A stretch of 64,000 nt of DNA, taken from contig JBKBWQ010000001.1 of the NCBI GenBank assembly GCA_046314355.1, positions 1,280,001-1,344,000 on the forward strand. Direction: 5' to 3'. The notes beneath the pieces are model-generated. The model made no database searches, had not been told where the DNA came from, and was given only the letters and a program-made list of their open reading frames with translations. Both the position numbers and the translations under genes were made by a program. This DNA comes from Candidatus Altimarinota bacterium. GTDB lineage: Bacteria > Patescibacteriota > Gracilibacteria > 1-14-2-50-48-13. Below, piece after piece: positions 18,630-27,939 of this stretch; the first letter of the stretch is position 1; every line of letters begins with the position of its first letter.

Positions 18630-18767
18630 AAGGAATGAGGGGGCAGGGATGCTCCTTTTTTTTGTAGATTGGTAAAAAGAAGATGAAATATTATTTTAGC
18701 TGTAAATAAATCTATGCAGAAGTAAAATGTAGTCTAAGAAAGAAAAACTATACTTCACCTCACATAC

Positions 18768-19124
18768 ATGTCACAAGATCCAAGGTTTCAAAAAGTTATT
18801 GATCGTATCAATAACTTTAGAGAAGCACGAGAATGGAAACAGTTCCACAGTCCAAAGAACTTAGCGATGTCTCTTGCTATGGAAGCTAGTGAGGTAATGG
18901 AGTTTTTTCAATGGTGTTCTACGGAAGAAGCACGGGAAGTAGTAAAGAAAAAAAATGATGCTTTGAGTGAAGAACTAGCAGATGTAGGTATCTATCTCCT
19001 TCAGCTTTGTGAAGAGTCTGGAGTGGATTTACTCTCGGCTATAGAAAGAAAAATGGATATTAATGAGAGCAAATATCCAGTAGAAAAAGCTAAAGGAAAT
19101 GCTACAAAATATAACGAACTATAA
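18768..19124 (+). CDS. MazG-like nucleotide pyrophosphohydrolase (dCTPase-type)
   Basis: FREAREWKQFHSPKNLAMSLAMEASEVME...EELADV...KMDINESKYPV. Confidence 0.93.
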   Translation: MSQDPRFQKVIDRINNFREAREWKQFHSPKNLAMSLAMEASEVMEFFQWCSTEEAREVVKKKNDALSEELADVGIYLLQLCEESGVDLLSAIERKMDINESKYPVEKAKGNATKYNEL

Positions 19125-19125
19125 T

Positions 19126-20970
19126 ATGATTCTCTACAAAGCAACGGCAGGTGAGTTTTGTGAAGCAGTGGATGATAATAAGATTGCAGATTTAGTGGAG
19201 AAGACTTTTGCTGTAAAGCTTGGACATCGAGTAAATCAAAGTCAGAAAAGAGCATTCATCAATTCTCTTCCAGCTATGGAGAGAGTTCTCAGACGTGCTG
19301 CTGTTCCTAGTGATTGTGGAATTTTGATTGAATATATTATCCCTCTAACTTCTAATCGTATCGATTTTGTGATTGCAGGGGAAGACAGTATGGGTAAGAA
19401 AAATGTAGTAATCATCGAATTGAAACAGTGGGACTTGGCTCAAAGCACTGATATGGATGGAGTTGTAAAAACTTTTATTGGTGGAGGAAATATAGAGACT
19501 ACACATCCAAGTTACCAAGCAAATTCATATAAAACTTTTCTGGGAGATTTTAATGAGCATATTTTTAACGGAACTATAAGAGCATATGCCTGTGCATATC
19601 TTCATAATTATCCCCTCCATAATCCTGAACCATTGAAGGCGGAGATTTATCAAAATGTGATCGAAGAAGCTCCTCTTTATTTGAAAGATGATGTCTCTCT
19701 TCTTGCAGATTTTATACAGAAGCATGTGGGAAAAGGAAAAGGCATGAATATTTTATATGAAGTGGATTCAGGAAAGATTCGTCCAAGTAAACAGCTTATT
19801 GATTATGTTTCTAGTATGTATCAAGGAAACCAGGAGTTTGTGCTGCTTGATGAACAGAAGATTGCTTATGAAACTGCGAAGAATATAGCAAAAAAGAATG
19901 AAGGGAAATCCGTAATCATTATCAATGGTGGACCTGGAACTGGTAAATCAGTGCTTTCAATGAATCTTCTTGGAGGACTTCTCAAGGAGAATCTCAATGT
20001 GGCTTTTGTAGCTCCAAATGCTTCTTATCGCGATACTCTTATTGATAAATTGGCACAGAATGAAAGAAGGACTAGATTGTATCACTTATTCAAAGGATCT
20101 GCAGGATTTACACATGAGAACGCCGATATGTTTGATGTACTTGTAGTAGATGAAGCGCATCGTTTGAAGAAGCGTGGCGCTTATCAGTATAAAGGTGAGA
20201 ATCAAGTGGAGGATCTTGTGAAAGTTGCAAAGACTACGATCTTCTTTATTGATGATGATCAGATGATTCGTCCTGACGATATTGGATCTGTAAAAGAGAT
20301 CAGAAGAGTAGCTGAAAAGTTTGGTGCACAGATCTCTGAGATAGAGTTAGTAGCTCAGTTTCGATGTGCGGGTGCTGAAGGGTATGTGAATTGGGTGAAT
20401 GATATTTTACAGATTAAAGAGACTGCAAACTTTGATGGATGGGATCAGAAGGACTTTGATTTCAAAATCTTTGATAATCCAAATGAGATGCGAGCGGCTA
20501 TTCAGAAGAAGCATGAGGAAGGATATAATGCTCGAATGCTTGCTGGATATGCATGGAAGTGGACAGGGCAGAAAGATGGTAATGCGAATGGTGAAGTGAA
20601 TGATGTGGTGATTCCGGTGTTTGACTTTAGTATGCCGTGGAATAGTCGAAAGGTGGGGACTACTTGGGCGAGCGATCCGAGAGGGATTCATCAGCTTGGA
20701 TGTGTACATACTTCTCAGGGATTGGAGTTTGATTATGTGGGAATTATTGTGGGAAAAGATCTAAGTTTTGACCCTGTTAGTTTAAAGTACACGACTGATT
20801 GGAGTGAATATAAGGATGCTACGGGAAAAAAGGGATTGAAAGATAATCCTGAGGAGTTGAATCGGTTTGTGAGGAATATTTATAGGGTATTAATGACGAG
20901 GGGGAAGAAGGGGTGTTATGTGTATTTTATGGATGAGGAGGTTAAAAAACAGTTTAAGGATATTAAATAG
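19126..20970 (+). CDS. DUF2075 family nuclease-helicase
   Basis: N-terminal EY.IP..RIDF..IIELKQW nuclease-like motif; GGPGTGKS; VDEAHRL; QFRCAG; HTSQGLEFDYVG; YRVLMTRG. Confidence 0.9.
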   Translation: MILYKATAGEFCEAVDDNKIADLVEKTFAVKLGHRVNQSQKRAFINSLPAMERVLRRAAVPSDCGILIEYIIPLTSNRIDFVIAGEDSMGKKNVVIIELKQWDLAQSTDMDGVVKTFIGGGNIETTHPSYQANSYKTFLGDFNEHIFNGTIRAYACAYLHNYPLHNPEPLKAEIYQNVIEEAPLYLKDDVSLLADFIQKHVGKGKGMNILYEVDSGKIRPSKQLIDYVSSMYQGNQEFVLLDEQKIAYETAKNIAKKNEGKSVIIINGGPGTGKSVLSMNLLGGLLKENLNVAFVAPNASYRDTLIDKLAQNERRTRLYHLFKGSAGFTHENADMFDVLVVDEAHRLKKRGAYQYKGENQVEDLVKVAKTTIFFIDDDQMIRPDDIGSVKEIRRVAEKFGAQISEIELVAQFRCAGAEGYVNWVNDILQIKETANFDGWDQKDFDFKIFDNPNEMRAAIQKKHEEGYNARMLAGYAWKWTGQKDGNANGEVNDVVIPVFDFSMPWNSRKVGTTWASDPRGIHQLGCVHTSQGLEFDYVGIIVGKDLSFDPVSLKYTTDWSEYKDATGKKGLKDNPEELNRFVRNIYRVLMTRGKKGCYVYFMDEEVKKQFKDIK

Positions 20971-20999
20971 GAGAATTTTTTAATCTATCTTAAAAATGT

Positions 21000-21236
21000 T
21001 TAAAAAAAATAACTACTAATAGATATTAGTACAGGTTTAAGAATATTGTTCCAAATTGTCGGAAGATTTAGAGTGCCCACTGCTCCTCCCGTTAACCAGA
21101 GGAGGTTTTTTAGTAAATCTCTTCCAATAATTAAAAATTCTCCTTTTGGTTTGTTAATAATAGCTAAATCGATGTCTCTTTTATAGACATATTTATTACA
21201 TTTTTGAGTGTAGCTTTTTTGAGATGTTGATGCCAT
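21000..21236 (-). CDS. Small hypothetical protein, hydrophobic C-terminal half
   Basis: 78-aa ORF only; no recognised motif. Confidence 0.35.
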   Translation of the reverse strand: MASTSQKSYTQKCNKYVYKRDIDLAIINKPKGEFLIIGRDLLKNLLWLTGGAVGTLNLPTIWNNILKPVLISISSYFF

Positions 21237-21266
21237 ATATTGCTTTTTAGAATTATATTTTTTGTT

Positions 21267-21710
21267 CTAAAAAGGCACATCTTCGATTGAAATTTCTTCT
21301 TCTTGTTCTCGATCTGTTATTTTTTGATTCGGTAACCTAAACTCACCCTCACCTGTGAAGATTAACTCATCTCGATTATCACTTTTTCTCTTTAAGTATG
21401 CGTAAAGAGCTTTTTCATTTAAATCGTCCTTCCATCCGATATTTTTCATTTCCGTAAAGATTTCCCTGTATGAAGAACTTTGACCTAATCTTTCAAGTGC
21501 TCTTACTATAAAGGGCCATTTATCGATGTTTCTATTTTTTCGATGTTGCTCTTCATCTATTCCAAATTGCTCAAACATTTCTAAAGCATGTTTAAGTTTA
21601 AAGTACTCTTGTTCTAGTTTATTTAGCTCACTTTGTTTTGTTTCGTAAAGCTGTTTGATAGTTTCAAACTTGTCCTTTATAAGTGTTTCAGGTAAGATTC
21701 TCTCGCTCAT
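21267..21710 (-). CDS. Coiled-coil + winged-helix-like protein with SSB-type acidic C-terminal tail
   Basis: Heptad N-terminus; IVRALERLGQSSSYREIF...ALYAYLKR...GEFRL; ends EEEISIEDVPF. Confidence 0.7.
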   Translation of the reverse strand: MSERILPETLIKDKFETIKQLYETKQSELNKLEQEYFKLKHALEMFEQFGIDEEQHRKNRNIDKWPFIVRALERLGQSSSYREIFTEMKNIGWKDDLNEKALYAYLKRKSDNRDELIFTGEGEFRLPNQKITDREQEEEISIEDVPF

Positions 21711-22263
21711 AGAAATATGAGAATAAATGAATAAATGTGTCTACTTTGATCTAGTTTAAGCATCTTGATCTTAGCAGGCATGTTTACTCGTGTCAAATTT
21801 TAGACATGCTTTACGGGTACGCGTAACTTGTGATTATTAAGAATATGTTTACTGTAAATGCTTAACGTGAGTTACGAATCGTTATTTTTTTCGTAACTTT
21901 TATATAAAAACGTTCTAGATATGTTTCTTAAGTAATAATTTTTAAAATTTGTAGTATTAATATGCTTCCACTTTACTTACATAGAGGGGCAATTTTATTC
22001 TATAAATATTTTCTACGTACTAATAAAAATTTTGCTTTCTCAGAAGATCTAAATACCTATCGATGGTTCTGAAATGCATTTTAATAAGAAAATATAAGTT
22101 ATACAGTATACATCTTTGTATGAATTGAGAAAGCCTAGAGATTCCTTCTCGTATTTTCAGCGATATAGAAGGAGTGTTAGGAATTTGATTTTTCCCTTAT
22201 TTTCTCTTCCATTCAAGCAAGTCCTCACGTACAATCCCCACACTAACCTAAAATTATACGCTC

Positions 22264-23772
<1,509 letters not shown>

Positions 23773-23775
23773 AGA

Positions 23776-24351
23776 TTACCTTACTTGATGATCTAGAGAG
23801 ACTTTGCGCTTATACACTTCGCTGAAATATGCTCTTAGATCCTCGGCTGTTACCTGAGCAATCTCTGCTTTATCATAGAGCTGAATAATCCAATCATTTG
23901 AGAAGTATAAACAAATAACTTCTACAAGTTCGATAAAAAGATTTGAAAGAATCTGAATCTGTTCATAAGTGCTCTTTGCTTCGGGAAGTTCCTGTACAAG
24001 AGATTGTATAGCTGATTTCCGCGTCTCATTGCGCATATTTTTTTGTACTGTGAGATAGTCTACACAGGCAAAAAGTGCATCCTGGTGCCTTAGGATATTA
24101 TAAGTATCCAGATAATCCTCTAGAGATTTCCTGGTAATTTTAAACTCTCTAGGGTTTTTCGGAAACTTTCCAATACGAGTTAAGGTATCCTTCATGAGAG
24201 AAGCGTCATATTGATTTTCCCTTGAAACGAAAGACGTGAATTCTTTAAAAAACGCATAGTGCTGTGTACAAAACTGCAGTGTGAGCAGCTGATTCTTTGT
24301 ACAAATCTCATCAATGGTCTCTTGTCTTGGGTAATAGGGAAGCTCGTGCAT
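23776..24351 (-). CDS. Hypothetical alpha-helical protein
   Basis: ~191-aa ORF; no recognised motif. Confidence 0.6.
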   Translation of the reverse strand: MHELPYYPRQETIDEICTKNQLLTLQFCTQHYAFFKEFTSFVSRENQYDASLMKDTLTRIGKFPKNPREFKITRKSLEDYLDTYNILRHQDALFACVDYLTVQKNMRNETRKSAIQSLVQELPEAKSTYEQIQILSNLFIELVEVICLYFSNDWIIQLYDKAEIAQVTAEDLRAYFSEVYKRKVSLDHQVR

Positions 24352-24458
24352 AGGTACATACAAAATTTAGTGCCAGAATACTAATTAATATTTAGTATAA
24401 AGCAATGTTTTTTTATATATACAAGCACTCAAGAAAGAAAAATATCACACTCTATTTT

Positions 24459-27335
24459 CTATAGATCCTTCATGAGATATCCAGAAATCTTTTCTCCAAG
24501 TCTCTTCATTCCGAGGTCTCCAGGATGTGACAGGATACCAGCTATATTTGCCTTTACCTGTTCCTGATTGAACCCTGATCCAAGTTTAGTTTCAAAGTGA
24601 AAAGGAGCTGCACATGGATTCTTTGCTACTTCAGCTAGGTTCATGAGTACGATATGTCCGCATGGCTTTGAAGTGGGATCTGACGAGATGCCTGTAGTAT
24701 CTATAAATGTCACAGTTGGAAATTCCTTGAGTACTTCCTGGATCACAGTATTTTTTGATCCAGTAAGCGGCTCATACCATCCGCTGAGTGCGTATATTTT
24801 TGCATTTGTTCTGTTTTGGATGCTTTTGATCAGATCCCGGTACTGATTTTTAAATTCAGCAAGCCGTATTTGATATGCAGCTGGAGTCTCGTCCTTCACA
24901 TATTGGAGATCATTCTCTGAGAGCTGGATGACGAGATACTCAGGGGCTAATTTCTGTATAGTCTGCTGTATGTTTTCATTGAGATAGCCTGCGACATTGC
25001 CAGCTGAAGGGACATCTTTTCCTGAAAAAGAGACAGTGACGTTTTTACCAGCATTTTTTAGAAGTTTTTCCACTTGATGCACATAGTCATTCTCAATGGA
25101 AGTTGCTGCCATTCCCCAGTTGCCGGACCAAGGGAGATTATTGGTAGGACTTGCCGGGGCATGGTGCGTAAGACTATTTCCTATGAAAAGAATCTTAGCA
25201 GGAAGTTTTTCTATAATGATAGGAGCAATGGTCTCTGGTGAGACATTTAAAGTAAATGCCTTGATGGCTTGTGCAAGGGGGCCAAACCATTTGGATGCTA
25301 TCTTTTCTTCTCCAGAGGAATTTGGATGGACATCATCCTGAAGATCCTTGCCTGTGATATCTGTCCACTGATCCACAAGAATAATAGGTGAAGTCTTGGT
25401 AGTAAGCTTTGCTGCAAGATCAGTAAGCATCGTGTTGTATTCGATCACCTTTCCTTGAGCGTGATAGTTACTATACCAGATAGTAGTCGGTATGATCTTC
25501 GCCATCAGGATGACCGCTTTGGGGTTTTGGGTTCGTATCTTTGATATGATAGTCTTCATGTTTTCTACCGCCGCTGAAAGTGGAGTTGACTGGTTTTTAA
25601 GGATATCGTTTGTACCTAGGTGGATCACCACAATGTCAGGATTGGCATCCTTGATCCATGTGTCAAAGCTATAGCTGCTGTTACCATTTATACCCTTCAA
25701 GATATCTCCTGTAGTCCAGCCTGCATGTCCTTCATTATCTGCATCATAGTAAAGAAGTGTATTGGGAGCTCCTTCACGGGCGTTACCGCTTCCTACGAAG
25801 TCAAAGGGTAGGCTTGCGTTTGTGAGCTTCTGCCAGAGTTTGAAGCGGTATCCTCCGTCTTTTGGTGCTGCGTAAGAGTGCTCTGTAATAGAATCTCCCA
25901 GGAGCATGATCCGAGGTTTCCGTTCATTACTCTGTGAAATAATTTCTGTTACACCAATACTTTGCAGAGCTTTTTTATACCGGTCATCTTGAAGTCTGCC
26001 CTCATTCTTTCCGGAAAATTGATAATGAGTATAGGCGGAAGAAATGAGACCTTTTTTCATAACATCAGCAATATCCTGAAAGGCTGAGAGATATAGCTCT
26101 TCGCGGAAGCCGTCATTGAGAGCGCTCACAGCATCTCTATACTCCTGGGTATTTAGTTTTCCTTCAGCTTTTCCTGCATATGTATAATGAAAGAGAGCAG
26201 ATGGAAGAGTGCCGTTTTTTATAGCCTCTTTTATGGTAGGATAAGCCATGATATACGCGTCTGTTGAGAATCCCACATTGAGAGCTTGAGCGGCATGACT
26301 ATACTGTTCATTCTTAAGTTTTTCTTCAGCTTTCCCTGTCTTGAGATAGTGATCAAGAGCGGAAGCATATTTTCCCTCTTTGATAGCTGTCTTGACCTCA
26401 GGAAAAGCTGTCTGATACCGTACAGCATGAAAGCCTTCAGCTGCTGCCTGTGCTGCATTTTTATACTGCTGCTGCTCGAGTCTTTTTTCTGATTTACCCG
26501 CGTAGACATAGTGAAAGTAGCCTGAATACTGCTTTGTTTTGTCTCCGAATTCTACACTTTTCTCTACGTCAGGATAAGCTGTAAGATAGACCTCTTCGTC
26601 ATAGCCTGCATTGACTGCAAGAGCTGCTTTTAGATATGCGATCCTTGTGGTTGTGTAGAAATTCCCAAGATTATTTTTTTGAAAATTATATCCATTCATG
26701 AGATCAGACTCTGTTTCCTGGAGTCTGTATTTATATTCATTCTGGGATTTTGCCTCAAGAAGTAGTACAAGCCGGTAAGCCTTTGCCTGGAAGGATTGGT
26801 TGTTCTTTTGTGTGACGGCTGCGAGATTTGTTTTTGTAAGGGCGTATCCATACCGCGGATCAGTGAGTCTCTTCTCTTTTTTTCCTGCATAAAAGTAATG
26901 AAAATATCCTGAATGAAGACCGGTAGATGTCCCATTTATGATGGCTTGAGTGACATCCGGATTGGCTGCAAGATATGTTTCTTCATCGTATCCTTCTGCT
27001 ATATCGACTGCAGCTTTTTTATATAATTCCAAAATCTGGGAGTAGCCGGATTTACTTAACTCTTTCGTATACTCACTTTTGAGAGCTTCTGCAGACATAT
27101 TTCTTTTTGCTGTATATTCATTTTGAGAAGGTGACAAAAAGAGCAGAGCAGTCCTCAAAGCCTCAGGCTGAAACTGTGTGGAAATGTTTGAATTCGTCTG
27201 CTGAGTGAGGATGTCACTTTGCCAGTATCCTCCGTTCTGTCCGGAGTACAAGCCTATCATAAGTAGGGGTAAGGCGAGGAGCGTAATATTCCGGATACCG
27301 CGTCTGATTTTGAGATTTTTTGTGTTTTTGTTCAT
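24459..27335 (-). CDS. Secreted/anchored protein with five ~45-aa YL..YPDV...HY...GK.E repeats and two SGNH hydrolase domains
   Basis: N-terminal TM; repeats such as GYDEETYLAANPDV...HYFYAGKKEKRL; SGNH1 LGDSITE/LGTND/DDVHP; SGNH2 IGNSLT/QLSEN/SHPGD. Confidence 0.85.
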   Translation of the reverse strand: MNKNTKNLKIRRGIRNITLLALPLLMIGLYSGQNGGYWQSDILTQQTNSNISTQFQPEALRTALLFLSPSQNEYTAKRNMSAEALKSEYTKELSKSGYSQILELYKKAAVDIAEGYDEETYLAANPDVTQAIINGTSTGLHSGYFHYFYAGKKEKRLTDPRYGYALTKTNLAAVTQKNNQSFQAKAYRLVLLLEAKSQNEYKYRLQETESDLMNGYNFQKNNLGNFYTTTRIAYLKAALAVNAGYDEEVYLTAYPDVEKSVEFGDKTKQYSGYFHYVYAGKSEKRLEQQQYKNAAQAAAEGFHAVRYQTAFPEVKTAIKEGKYASALDHYLKTGKAEEKLKNEQYSHAAQALNVGFSTDAYIMAYPTIKEAIKNGTLPSALFHYTYAGKAEGKLNTQEYRDAVSALNDGFREELYLSAFQDIADVMKKGLISSAYTHYQFSGKNEGRLQDDRYKKALQSIGVTEIISQSNERKPRIMLLGDSITEHSYAAPKDGGYRFKLWQKLTNASLPFDFVGSGNAREGAPNTLLYYDADNEGHAGWTTGDILKGINGNSSYSFDTWIKDANPDIVVIHLGTNDILKNQSTPLSAAVENMKTIISKIRTQNPKAVILMAKIIPTTIWYSNYHAQGKVIEYNTMLTDLAAKLTTKTSPIILVDQWTDITGKDLQDDVHPNSSGEEKIASKWFGPLAQAIKAFTLNVSPETIAPIIIEKLPAKILFIGNSLTHHAPASPTNNLPWSGNWGMAATSIENDYVHQVEKLLKNAGKNVTVSFSGKDVPSAGNVAGYLNENIQQTIQKLAPEYLVIQLSENDLQYVKDETPAAYQIRLAEFKNQYRDLIKSIQNRTNAKIYALSGWYEPLTGSKNTVIQEVLKEFPTVTFIDTTGISSDPTSKPCGHIVLMNLAEVAKNPCAAPFHFETKLGSGFNQEQVKANIAGILSHPGDLGMKRLGEKISGYLMKDL

Positions 27336-27473
27336 AAAAGTGGAAGAGATTTTATATCATTATATCATATTTTATTAATTTGTATTGTTTGAGACTTCTG
27401 AATATCAAGAGCATATCCTTGCATTGAGGGGCTTTTTTTGCTTTAGTAGAAGGTACTATCCGCTATTTCCCTC

Positions 27474-27905
27474 ATGCTCTACTTCCAGCCTCCTTCCGAC
27501 TTCTCACCATCCTTCGATGTGGTTGCCTGCTATATCACCTGCGGCTCCGAGATCCTCTTCATTCAGCGTCATGAAGCCAAGGACCATGGGCGTACCTGGG
27601 ATCTGCCGGGCGGAAAGATCAATGAAGGGGAGTATCCGCTGGATGCAGTGGTCAGGGAAGTCTTTGAGGAGACAGGGCTTATCTTTGAACCAAAGGACTT
27701 TGAGTTTTTGAAAAAAGTATTTGTACGTCTGCCTGAATGCGATTTTGAACATAATGTCTTTCAAGTGAAGATTCCTGAAAAATATAGAATTACACTCTCT
27801 CCTGAAGAGCATACGAGTTTTACGTGGGTGACACCTTTGGAGGCACTCAAGATGCCATTGGTGCCGGATGAGGATCAGTGTATCAGATATTTTTTTAGAC
27901 TTTAA
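27474..27905 (+). CDS. NUDIX hydrolase
   Basis: PGGKINEGEYPLDAVVREVFEETGL Nudix box; EHTSFTW. Confidence 0.95.
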   Translation: MLYFQPPSDFSPSFDVVACYITCGSEILFIQRHEAKDHGRTWDLPGGKINEGEYPLDAVVREVFEETGLIFEPKDFEFLKKVFVRLPECDFEHNVFQVKIPEKYRITLSPEEHTSFTWVTPLEALKMPLVPDEDQCIRYFFRL

Positions 27906-27936
27906 AAAAAGCCCCGCAGATCTGCGGGGCTTTTTT
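27904..27936. terminator. Bidirectional intrinsic terminator
   Basis: aaaaaaagccccgcag-at-ctgcggggctttttt. Confidence 0.92.
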
Positions 27937-27939
27937 CTA

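Noticed and set aside
21000-21710. TAG read-through fusing the 147-aa and 78-aa ORFs (in frame, no intervening stop)
   Set aside because: The SSB-like tail needs a free C-terminal Phe exactly at the TAG, so the in-frame arrangement is plausibly chance
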